Positions 13,066-24,200 of a stretch of 34,675 nt of DNA are shown here, piece after piece. Source of the DNA: Geosiphon pyriformis uo1 (taxonomy: Eukaryota; Fungi; Glomeromycota); assembly GCA_016748015.1 (NCBI GenBank), contig JAAOMT010000168.1, positions 1 through 34,675 on the forward strand. The letters run 5' to 3'. The position numbers were made by a program, and so were the translations under genes. Below the pieces are notes generated by a model. That model had not been told where the DNA came from, made no database searches, and saw nothing but the letters and a program-made list of their open reading frames with translations. Every line of letters begins with the position of its first letter. The first letter of the stretch is position 1.

Positions 13066-14165
13066 TCAGTAGTAAATGTTCTTTTAGCCACTGGAAAGTA
13101 AGTTTTGTCGATTGTAAGGCAAATATTTTTATTACCCGAGACATTTTACATGGCTTAACTCGTGATCCATCTTCGGCTCCTGGTCCAGCTCTCGCATCCA
13201 AAGGTGTCGAGGTGGTTAAGGCTAATTTATCAAATAGCAAAGATGTGGAGCGAAATACATCAATTGTAATAATTTATATGACAAATTTGTTAAAAAGTAA
13301 TAAGTAATTCATTAACTGATCTTTTATTAGATGTATGGGAGAAAAAATTTAAGATTCATCACAAATTTAATATGAATTTCACCAAAGATCTTTTGTTTCA
13401 ATTATATTTCACTCTCTGATGCAGATGCCAGATCAAAAGGACTTACAATAATGCTTTTCACTTAACAGAGATTAAGCAAATTTCTTTACTATAAAGAAGG
13501 CTATGTAGAAATAAAAGTCCCAATTTTTCAGGCTGACTTTTTGATACTTATTTTTAATGCTCTCAATAATACAAAGGTAAACATCTAATATAAAGTTTTA
13601 TTAAAAAATGGGTTTAAATGGTTGATATTTGATGATTAATTATCACTTTTAGTTTTCCAATCTTTTTTTTAACCAATTGTAGCTAAAATAATCGAAAGAC
13701 CACAGAAATGGAATTGAAAAAGTGTCAGAATACATTATCTTTTAAGAAATTGTCGAAACTTTGACCAAAGGTAACTGAAATGACGTTTAATATTTCACTT
13801 AGACACAACTTTCTAATCCAAATTTCCAAAAAGAATTTTACAAAAATCCCATTATTATCATATATTAAGTGACGGGTAAAGAACATCGTTTCATCTCACT
13901 TTCTAAAAAGGAAACTGCCAAAGAGGCTCCGCACTTGACAAATGATGAAATATTTCATATGTTAGTGATCGCAAAACTTTTTATCTTTAATGTTTCATTA
14001 TCAATATTAACTTCTAATTTCATATAATTCTTAATACTTGATTTTCATATGACAGAATAGATGAGATCAAAGGATTTTGGATACTTTGAAGGAGATGCGG
14101 CTCTTAATGATCTTTCTATCATTACCTTTGAACAGTATGCTCAAAGAAAGTATGGAGAAAAGTAA
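13066..14165 (+). pseudogene. NmrA/HSCARG-like atypical SDR (NAD(P)-binding Rossmann fold) pseudogene
   Basis: Fragments SVVNVLLATGK|gtaagt, GLTRDPSSAPGPALASKGVEVVKANLSNSKDVER, SLSDADARSKG, VAKIIERPQKWN*K, EIVETLTK|gt, VTGKEHRFISL..EIFHML and FGYFEGD..ITFEQYAQRKYGEK* match NmrA-like family motifs in order. The GATG dinucleotide-binding motif is not recognisable, and there are stops and frameshifts. Confidence 0.8.
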
Positions 14166-15240
14166 ATTATTGAAAAATGAACTTGATTGTTGTTGGTTCA
14201 TGATATTATGGATGTTCTCAATCAAATTAATCTTGGGGTTAATTTTTTCGAATAATTTGTTGTGAATAAAATTTATGTATTGATGTTTTCAAGAATTCAA
14301 TTTCAATATTGTAAGCCTTACTAATACTTTTTGAAAAAAATATAACTTATTTATCTATCACGTTAGAAATGTAAAATTTTACACCTTTCGCCTTAAATCT
14401 GAATCCGATTTTCAGGGGAAACCAAATCCCTGTTTGATTTAATCGACAGAATTCCTATCTTATAAAGTGAAAATCTAGAGCCTTTGAGTTTTTAAAAAAA
14501 ATTAAAATTCTATTCATTGAAACGTACAAAAAATATTTTAAGTTAATTATATTCTTTTTATTATATTTTTCCAAGTTAACAAAATATTTCAATTTCCAAT
14601 CTATGTATAAAAAACTCAAGATTAAGCCATATATTAATACTAGTGCTTCTCTAACTCATTGAAAATTCATGCCTGATATTCATTAAATCAGTTTAAAGCC
14701 AGATTTTATATTATTTACAATTCTATATTTTTTAAAATTAATATTTGGAAGGAATGATTCATTTTCAAAAATAATATAAATTAAACTGAAAAACTTAAAA
14801 TTTGAAAACTTTGTTTATCAGTATGGGGTTTGTTTTAAAATATTGGAAAGCTCTTTGACATTTAATAATCATTTGATATTTTGCTTCAAAAATTAACAGC
14901 CATATACTTTAATTATTGAAAAGGCTATAGTTATTTTTAAAAAGATTATTATGCATAAATAATTTTATTTTAATTGATTTTTTGCTAAAAGATTTCAAAA
15001 TATTTTTCGTATAAATTTAAATTGGTTCTTCTAAATCTTATGTAATTTTAAACGAAATAAATTTAATATTTAGAAGGCAATCTATTATTGGACTTAGGAA
15101 TTCAAGGACATGGAATACTTGAAAGAACGCGATCGTTTCAAAATACTCGAGTTACGATAACAGTTACAAAATTTTTACCACCATGAATTTATCCTCTCTT
15201 GTTAAATCCCAAAAGTCAGAAAAACTCCCAAGAAATAAAT

Positions 15241-15341
15241 TTATACTTGATTATCACAGCGTCCCATTGTAACCCCAAAATAAGGACCAACATGAGCCCA
15301 TGATTCCAAATCATCAATTGTCCCCTGATTACATTCCTTTA

Positions 15342-15383
<42 letters not shown>

Positions 15384-16691
15384 ATCAAAATCATATAGAT
15401 GTAATTTAGCAAATTTGAAAATCAAATAAACCATAGCAAGCGATCTCCGTTATTTACCTGATTCTCACCATGTGTTGCACCCCACTTTGGTCGATATCCT
15501 CGGCAGTTAAAATAAACATAGCCACCCTCTATAGTTTTTTTGTTAAGACAATCGCATTCATCATGCGTTAACCAAAACTCTCTATCATGGTGTAAAAATT
15601 TTGGTGGTGGATGAAATGAGCGAGGGACGTAATCATTTGAATGCGTTATTCTTTGCACTTTCACAAATTGGTTGAGAAAGATAGCAAGTGAAACATCACC
15701 AATTCGTGGCTGACCAAATGTTGTGACTAGTATTTTTTGTTAATTGAACCATTGTTAAAACAGTGGATCTGATAATAGAGAGCGGCGAGAACAGCATAAG
15801 CTAAATTTTATTCAGAAATTATTAAAAAAGATTTACATTGAATCGCCCAAAATTAAAAAATCATAAAAATTTTAAAATTGCAAAATGAAATATGAAACTT
15901 ACCACCACCAACTCCATGTCCAACAAAATTTAAATCAAAAGAAAGAAAAGGATCAAGCTTTTCAATAATTTCCCCTTTCATTTTTTTTACATCCTCATTC
16001 CATACTGAATCTACATATGTTTGATTTAAATATAGTTTTCCTTGTTTCAATAATTTAAAAGTTATACGTGCCAATTTAACTTCTCGAGTTTCCCATTGCA
16101 TACGGGATAACATTTCCCCAACGAAATAAATAATCACGCGATTATGTCTTTTGTCAAAAACAATTTCAAAGCTTGGGGCTATTTTTCAAAAAGAATTTTA
16201 ATGTAATTTCAATATAATATCAGGATTTTTAATTGAAATTCAGAAAAAGTACATTTTGGTTTTTGCGTAGTCCTTTTTCTTCCATTAGAATTATCCACTG
16301 TTTCCGTGCAATAGGCCATATTAGCGTATTGTGCAACATGAAACATTAAAAGTTTATAGGCATCGTTCAAATTTTGTACCGTTCTGTATGGATAAGGTGG
16401 AAGGTTTTGATGTTCAGGATTAAGAGAGGGATGAGGACTCTTATTCCGAATTCTTTTATAAATTCTTGGACGTTTATCGAAAGTCATTGAAAGATTTGAA
16501 TTTTTATTGATTGAATATTGAATCTGTTGATATATAAAAGTTTTCTCGAAACTTTTATTAACCAGAGAAAATTCATTTTTTGAAAATATTTCATATTTAA
16601 TTTGAAAATTATTCAAAAATAAAAAAAGTATCAGGGAAACCTGACTAGTTAATATAATAAAAATTTTTTTAGTTATATTGAAAGTTTTCAT
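15241..16691 (-). CDS. Class-3 lipase-like protein with Ser->Gly nucleophile, about 384 aa (copy B), carrying one -1 frameshift; exons 16691-16253, 16178-15903, 15800-15458, 15336-15241
   Basis: MKTFNITKKIFIILTSQVSLILFLFL (signal-like); VAQYANMAYC; RVIIYFVG; FVGHGVGG|AYAVLAAL; (I)LVTTFGQPRIGD; RITHSNDYVP; HHDREFWLTHDECDC; ECN..WAHVGPYFGVTMGRC. Exons sum to 1154 nt. Adding one base in the A6 run at 15733-15738 restores a 1155-nt frame. Confidence 0.85.
15341..15382. repeat. (ATT)n microsatellite inside the last intron of lipase-like copy B
   Basis: Read directly from the sequence; lies immediately upstream of the AAG acceptor on the minus strand. Confidence 0.9.
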
Positions 16692-18546
16692 CTTTTTCAA
16701 ATTACAATTAATCTCTTTTGAAAGTTTGCAATTATATACACAGTAGTTAAAGATCAAAAAATTTCGGATTAATCTTTGGACTATCTGCCAGATTTGTCAT
16801 CTGAAATTAATATATTTATACATTATTTCTTTTTAATTACTCTTTTTAAGAATTATCAATCAGATAATTATGCTAAATTTTCGGCTTAAAATTCGGTAAG
16901 GTGATAACATCGATCGTTGTTGAATGATAAATTTAATCAGCGAAAAATAAATTGTCGATTATTTAAAGGTTTATTCTAAACAAATTTTATTTCAATATTA
17001 GTATTCAGAAACACTTAATTAAGTATTCGAGAATGCCCCATCTAGAGAAATTCTCCAGCTCCAACTTTGATTGGAGTTGCTATTGATCATCTACATCAGA
17101 ATGGAATTCAAAATAAGAAATATTGTGTATTATAAATATTTTGATGATAAATAACATATTATTATCTTGGTCTCCGCTTATAATTGATTATCTCTATTTG
17201 TATCCTATCAAGCCGAATACGTCAAATCTCCTTTATTGAAATTTTAGATCTTTTAAAATCAAAATCAAATCTTCTATCTAGAAAAGATGACTGTTAGTCA
17301 TTTTTAAAAAATTTTCTAAAAGATTTTCAATAAAAAATAAATTTACCTAATCTAAACTCGTTGGCTCTTTTATCATCACCTAACAAAACTCCCCATTTTT
17401 ACAATACACAGACCCCGTCAATGTTTATCGAATAAATTATATGTTAATTTTATGGTTAGTTCTGAATTTCGTGATGAAACTTTTTTATATCGTGAAATGT
17501 GATTGAAAAGTTTTGATTCAATTTATAATTGAGGAATATATAATGGCCGAGTTCAACAGATTTGTGATTACTATTCATCACCCTAAAATAATTTAAAAAT
17601 CTTAGCTTAAGGTTTTAGGGCAAATTAGTTTTACTTTGTAATAAAATTGAATAAAAGTTATATTAAAGAGCCAGATTAAATGTAAAAGCTCCCTATAATT
17701 TTTTTTTAAAAGCATAAAAGTTTTTATCTGTTTGTACAGTTATAAATTTTTTTCATCTAAATGACATTGTTCAATTTAGTGATTCCATCTTTGTGTAAAA
17801 TTCGAACTAGATTACTTTTTTTTTTTTTTAAAAAAAAAAAAAAAAGAGTTGAAAATTTGAGAATTCATGACTTAACTGAATTGTCAAGAGCGAAAATTGA
17901 AGTAAATATTTTGTAGCTTTTTAAATGAATCATGCATATATGATATTTTATGTAAAGTTACGAAATTTTTTTTCTAGATCTTTTGCATCAAGGTTACTAA
18001 AATGTTTTTCTAAAATATGGCTCATTAGCGACATAAGTATTTATAAGATTTTAACTATATAGTGTTTTTTTTAAGATATTTTGTCATTATAATGTAAAGT
18101 ATTAAGCAAAATAAAAAAGATTTTTTTAAAATTCTTTTCACTATGACGCTTTTCTTTCCAAAGATACTTTTATCTCAGAATCAGTTCATTTTCATTGTTT
18201 TGATCATTAGAAGTAATATTTGAAAATGAGATTTCTCAAAAATAATTAATTTTTATTTCAGGCACTCTAATTGAAATTTTTTCATTATAATAAGGGAATT
18301 TTTTCATGTTGATTTATTGATAAAATTCATAAAACAATTTCTAAACAATGGTTTAATTAAATTGGTGTTATTGACTCATTGAAATCCCAAGAGACTTTAC
18401 ATAAGCGAGAGCCAAGGAAATTACCTTAAAAATTTTTAGTAAAGCTTATCACTGATAAAGAAGAGTGATATACGTTTTGGAGGCGAAAAAATCTCAACTC
18501 TTTGGTTTTTCATCAAGACAATGACATTTGTGTTTCAGACGATCTC

Positions 18547-18672
18547 TACCCGTTTAATCAATCTAGCGTTTCAGATTTCTTGAAGGCCTAGCCTTTTCAG
18601 GAATGTGAAACCTTATTTATTAACAAGAAAAACTCCTTTAAAAATCCTTTACCCATAACAAAATATTAAATC
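18547..18672 (+). promoter_or_regulatory. Conserved upstream (promoter/5'UTR) block of Sel1 gene 1
   Basis: TACCCGTTTAA, TCTAGCGTTTCAGATTTCTT and GCCTTTTCxGGAATGTGA recur in the same order upstream of the paralog (reverse complement of 28571-28728). Confidence 0.6.
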
Positions 18673-18693
18673 TATTTGTGTTGCTTGAAAATC

Positions 18694-20409
18694 ATGTCTT
18701 CAATTTCATCGATTGAAAACGCAACTTCACCCCTCGACTGGCTTGAAGGAACATTGATTGTCATCCAAAAAAATTTGGCCATTTTTCCAGCCAGTAAATA
18801 TTCAAAGGTTGCTGAATTAGTGAAAAACTATCTTTTGCGCAATCTGAAAACACCAAAAGATTTGTTCGATTGCTTGAATAAGAAAAATTCACAGTGTTTG
18901 ATAAATAATATTTTACTCGGCTTTTCTTTAGAACATGGGATTGGAACTATTCCTAATTTAACAAAAGCATTTCTAGAATATCAAAAAGCAGCGAAGGCAA
19001 AAAATTCTTTTGGACAATTCTTCTTAGGTTATTGTTATGATAATGGAATTGGTACTTCACAAGATCAAGGAAAAGCATTTGAACTCTATTCAAAAGCAGC
19101 AGAGGTGGGACATACAAATGCACAAGAAAGTCTTGCAAATTGTTATCTGAATGGAAGGGGAACAACAAAAAATTCAGAAAAAGCATTTGAACTTTATTCA
19201 AAAGCAGCAGAGGCAGGACATTTAAAGGCACAATATAATCTTGCACTTTGTTATGATAATGGAGAAGGAACGATAAAAAATTCAGAAAAAGCATTTGAAC
19301 TCTATTCAAAAGCAGCAGAGGCGGGACATTTAGATTCACAATACAATCTTGCAGTTTGTTATGCTAATGGAGAAGGAACGACAAAAAATTCAGAAAAAGC
19401 ATTTGAACTCTATTCAAAAGCAGCAGAGGCGGGAGATCTTGATGCCAAATACAATCTTGCACTTTGTTATGTTAATGGAAAAGGAACGACAAAAAATTTA
19501 GAAAAAGCATTTGAACTTTATTCAAAAGCAGCAGAGGCAGGAGATTTAGATGCACAATACAACTTTGCACTTTGTTATCTTAATGGAAGAGGAACGACAA
19601 AAAGTTCAGAAAAAGCATTTGAGCTCTATTCAAAAGCAACAGAGGCGGGGTATTTAGATGCACAATACAATCTTGCACTTTGTTATGCTAATGGAAAAGG
19701 AATGACAAAAAATTCAGAAAAAGCATTTGAACTTTATTCAAAAGCAGCAGAGGCAGGACATGTAAATGCGCAATACAATCTTGCACTTTGTTATGTTAAT
19801 GGAAAAGGAACGACAAAAAATTTAGAAAAAGCATTTAAACTCTATTCAAAAGCAGCAGAGGCAGGACATTTAAATGCACAAAACAGTCTTGCAAATTGTT
19901 ATCTTAATGAAAGGGGAACTACAAAAAATTCAGAAAAAGCATTTGAACTTTATTCAAAAGCAGCAGAGGCAGGACATTTAAAGGCACAATATAATCTTGC
20001 ACTTTGGTATGATAATGGAGAAGGAACGACAAAAAATTCAGAAAAAGCATTTGAACTCTATTCAAAAGCAACAGAGGCGGGGTATTTAGATGCACAATAC
20101 AATCTTGCAGTTTGTTATGCTAATGGAGAAGGAACGACAAAAAATTCGGAAAAAGCATTTGAACTCTATTCAAAAGCAGCAGAGGCGGGAGATCTAGATG
20201 CACTATATAATCTTGCAGTTTGTTATAATAATGGAGAAGGAACGATAAAAAATTTAGAAAAAGCATTTGAACTCTATTTAAAAGCAGCAGAGGCGGGACA
20301 TTTAAAGGCACTATACAATCTTGAATTTTGTTATGCTAGCGGAGAAGGAACGACAAAAAATTCAGAAAAAGCACTTGAACTCTATTTAAAACAGAGGCGG
20401 AACATTTAA
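18694..20409 (+). CDS. Sel1-like repeat (SLR/HCP-like) protein with about 14 repeats of 36 aa; possibly the truncated 5' part of a Sel1-kinase gene
   Basis: ATG at 18694 (MSSISSIENATSPLDW, matching the paralog start). Repeats AQYNLALCYxNGxGTTKNSEKAFELYSKAAEAG form a 108-bp tandem unit. The ORF ends through a frameshift in a decayed final repeat near 20390. Confidence 0.9.
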   Translation: MSSISSIENATSPLDWLEGTLIVIQKNLAIFPASKYSKVAELVKNYLLRNLKTPKDLFDCLNKKNSQCLINNILLGFSLEHGIGTIPNLTKAFLEYQKAAKAKNSFGQFFLGYCYDNGIGTSQDQGKAFELYSKAAEVGHTNAQESLANCYLNGRGTTKNSEKAFELYSKAAEAGHLKAQYNLALCYDNGEGTIKNSEKAFELYSKAAEAGHLDSQYNLAVCYANGEGTTKNSEKAFELYSKAAEAGDLDAKYNLALCYVNGKGTTKNLEKAFELYSKAAEAGDLDAQYNFALCYLNGRGTTKSSEKAFELYSKATEAGYLDAQYNLALCYANGKGMTKNSEKAFELYSKAAEAGHVNAQYNLALCYVNGKGTTKNLEKAFKLYSKAAEAGHLNAQNSLANCYLNERGTTKNSEKAFELYSKAAEAGHLKAQYNLALWYDNGEGTTKNSEKAFELYSKATEAGYLDAQYNLAVCYANGEGTTKNSEKAFELYSKAAEAGDLDALYNLAVCYNNGEGTIKNLEKAFELYLKAAEAGHLKALYNLEFCYASGEGTTKNSEKALELYLKQRRNI

Positions 20410-20557
20410 ATGCACAATATAACCTTGCACTTTGTAATAATGGAGAAGGAAAGATGAGAAATTCAGAAAATTCAGATGAGGTATTTCCTTTTAAGAAATC
20501 TATGTGATTCTTATTATTCTAGTTCTTATCTAACACTAAAAACTATATTTATATAGT

Positions 20558-21278
20558 TCATGGACATCATAAAAGCGCCACATGCAAATACATCCTTGAA
20601 TGCTATGGAACCACAAAAGACGTTACAACTGATTAATTTGCTATGGTTCTACCATTTGCCGAATATGGGGACCTTAGAAATTTTCTCGAGAACAACGAAA
20701 ACACTCTTATTTGGGGCATGTTTCTTCGTATTATTTTTCAAATCGCCAGAAGCCTAAGATTTATACATGCATCAAAACTGGTGCATGGGGACTGGCATCC
20801 TGAAAATATCTTTGCATTGAAAACGAACCCCTTAATAGTTGTCATTTCTGATCTTGGACTCTGTCGTCCTGCAGATGACACTCCACAGTCTGGAAAAATT
20901 TATAGTGTTCTTGAGTATCTTGCGCCCAAAATTTGCAAAGGGGGTTTTGGACTAAGTATAGCGATATATACAACTTTGCCATCATTTCCAGTGAAATTAT
21001 TTCAGGAGAAAGACCTTTGAATAATACAGATTCTATTTACGTGCAATTTGATGTGATTTATGAAAGCGTCCTATAATCAAAAAACATACACCTCAATGTA
21101 TTCACGTATTCTCGTGATACTGCAAACAGCTTCAACATAGAGTTATTGCTGCTCGTGATAATTGTAACTTAAATCAACCCATCCGTGAAAAAATACTTTA
21201 TTCTGACGAGACACAAGATGCTATGCGAGACAAGATACAGAAGCCGGTTAACCTCAAAACCAGGATTTTCTACAAATG
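20558..21278 (+). pseudogene. Tyrosine-kinase-like (TKL) protein kinase domain, decayed
   Basis: After a GT-AG intron (20481-20557): YILECYGTTKDVTTD*FAMVLPFAEYGDLRNFL (in-frame TAA 20634-20636), QIARSLRFIH..LVHGDWHPENIF, ISDLGLCRP, IYSVLEYLAPK. After a frameshift: TKYSDIYNFAIISSEIISGERP, then KRPIIKKHTPQCI. Covers subdomains IV-X; subdomains I-III were not found. Confidence 0.88.
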
Positions 21279-24200
21279 GTAAGCGTTTCATTTATTATTA
21301 TTGAAATTAAGTTTAGTTTTGGTAAACTCTTTCTTAAGTTTTTTGGTAAACTTTGCATGGACTTTAATTGTTTCAAAACAAAAAGTTACTATTAGTATTT
21401 ATTTATTTCCCAGAATGTATTAGATTTTTATCATTAAGCTATTTTTTTATTGGAGTTTTTTTTATTAATTCTTTTTTATTTTTAAAGCAATAATATATAA
21501 ATTAAGATAAATGAAGAATTATTTTCTTAATTAACACTTAACAGCATTATATATGTGTTATTGATTTCTTTATATATTTACTAATTAATTTTTGTATATA
21601 TAATTAAACAGATCATGTCAATAAGTTTTAAATAATAAAGAAAATCTTTAAATTGATTTTTAAGAATTGTTTATTATACTTGAAAAAAATAGACTTTATA
21701 ATAATAATGTTGTTAAGAATTCTAGATTATTGTTTAAAGTAAATTTAAAATATCGGTAATATTTTAATGTTACTAATTTAGTGATTGCCATTTTGTATAA
21801 ATTTCAACTAACATATTAATTCTTAAAAAAACATTAATTATTAATAAATGTATTTTTTCTACCTTGAATAACTTAATCCAAATCGGTTATAAATGTTGTA
21901 TACCAATTTTACTTTCTAAATAATTATAGTTGTAGTTTAAAAAAGTCAAAATTTTTTAAAGAAATTATTAGCAGTATTTTATTCTGTGTTTTAGAAGATA
22001 AATTTTGATTTTCGTATTAAAACCATTTTTTAAAAGGTTGTAAACAATCTAAATTTTTTATTTTTTAATAATAATAAAATAAAATAATTAAAAAACTATT
22101 AAAAATAAGTTATTTAATTTTAAAGCTATTAGTTTATAGAAAAAAATAACATTTTAAAGAAATAATTGATTTTTGTTTTTTCAAAATAAAAATTTTTTTA
22201 TAAAAAGAAAAATATTTTTTTATATATGTTTGAGTAATATTATTTTAAATTATATATTGTACAAATTGAAATATTAATTAAATAAAAATTATAAAAATAA
22301 CTTAATACTAATTTTGATCCAAATTTTAATTAGTAATACTGGTGTTTGATTTGCTTAAAAAATTTATTAAAGTTCAAGAATAATATGTATCTTTTAGATG
22401 TTAAATAAAATAAATAATAATATTGAATTTTTTATAAGTAAAGAGATTTTAAATAAGCTATTGGTTCTATCAAAATTTAAATAAGTGAATTTTTTAGAAT
22501 AATACAACTTTATAAATAAAATTGATGTAAAAGAACTATTTCTAGTACTAACTTAGTGTAACTAATTACGAGTTATTAGAATACAATCTACATTTAATAT
22601 GTAACAATTGAATTTTAAAAAAATAGTTAAAGCATAATAAAGAAAACTTAACCAAAATAAATCATATTTTTTAATAAATTTTTCTTTGAATTTTAAGAAC
22701 CATATATAAGTGTTGGTCATATAGAACAGTACATGTTTACAAGTTATAAACAAACTAATAAAAACATGGCTACTAGTATGAAAATTTTTTTATTAAATTT
22801 TACAAAAGTTTATGATTATCCAGCCCAATACAATATGTAAAATATTTTGAATTTGAAAATACTTGTAGAAAAAAGGTTTGTATTCTTGGCAAGACATCCA
22901 AAAATTACAGTAAAACCAAATATTTTCATGTTTTGTTGTCCAAATATTTACTGTTCTAGCACCTTAATGTTCAAAAAATTTTAAATCAGACATATTAAAA
23001 AATAAGGACTTAATTTTTAGCTGATTTTACTGTCTAAAGAATGAAGAGCTGTATAAGAAAATAGTATATTTATTTTAGATAATTTTTTAATCGTTTTCAT
23101 AACGAGTTTAAAAATAAGAATCGCTCAATTATCATATTAAACTACCACATAGTAATGTCTTTGGTGAAGAATTTTCTCAAATTTATTAAAATATATCCGA
23201 GCTAAACCTGTTGATAGTCCATTTTTGGCTGCGCGGAAGAACATTGATCAGTTAAAGGATAATACCACATTATATAGTTGTCCAGATATTGGAAATAATT
23301 AATTTAAACTTTTGGGACCAGCTATTATATTTTATTTTATAGCGTTCACCGTTCAAATTACCAAACAATTAAAAATTCGAAGAAAGTACTAATTCAAGCA
23401 ACTCTGATGTAATTTTCAGAAAGTTTATGAATTCTTAGTGAGAGCAATCTGTTTTTAAAAGTTGGTTTGAGCTTAATTTAATAATAAAAGCATTATATCA
23501 AGCAATTTTTTTTTTACTTAAACTAATTGTTCAATATGCGCATTTTTTTTAGCTTCGAATAATTATCTCAAAATTAAAGATTATCAAAGGCGACCTAATA
23601 TCATTTATAGTGAATAAAAATTTGATGAATAAGGACATTTTTTGTAAGTAAACATAGAGAAACAATATAAATACAAATTTTGATTTTAAGAAGTTACTTT
23701 ATAAAATATAAATTAACAAACATTTAAAAAAAGCCTCTTTCATTATATATTATTCAGTTTTATCCTTTATCCTGACTTATTCATATTTATTCAAAGAAAT
23801 GATAAAAAATTATTGGAGGGGGGGGGGGGGGAAACTAATGAAATGCATGCAATTTGTAATTCAAGAAATTTTTCACAGTAACATAAATCCTGTAAACAAA
23901 TGACGAGATGTTTTAAACTAGCGTAGAGAATTACATTTAAAAATTTAAATTGTTAAATTAAACAAATAAAAATAGAAAATTTTCAAAGAAAAAAAATCAG
24001 TTAAAAGAAAATAATTTTGTTTTAAAAAATCTATCTTTGAACAGTAAAAGTAGATTTAAATTTATAAATTGGTTAAAATCAAACATTTTTTATTCTCTTC
24101 TTGATATAGAAAAAAAAATCATTTAAAAAGATTTTATCTGATTATGATTTTCGTTTTAAAATTTTATCCATACATACTTGTTACCATTTTTTGCTTTAAA

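Noticed and set aside
17816-17845. T14-A16 palindromic homopolymer (also G14 at 23818-23831)
   Set aside because: Simple low-complexity runs with no associated element or TSD.
19060-20400. Regular direct repeats superficially like a CRISPR array
   Set aside because: Units are contiguous in-frame 108-bp coding repeats with no unique spacers and no cas genes, in a eukaryotic context.
23160-23300. Short open stretch IRAKPVDSPFLAARKNIDQLKDNTTLYSCPDIG
   Set aside because: No recognisable family or gene structure.
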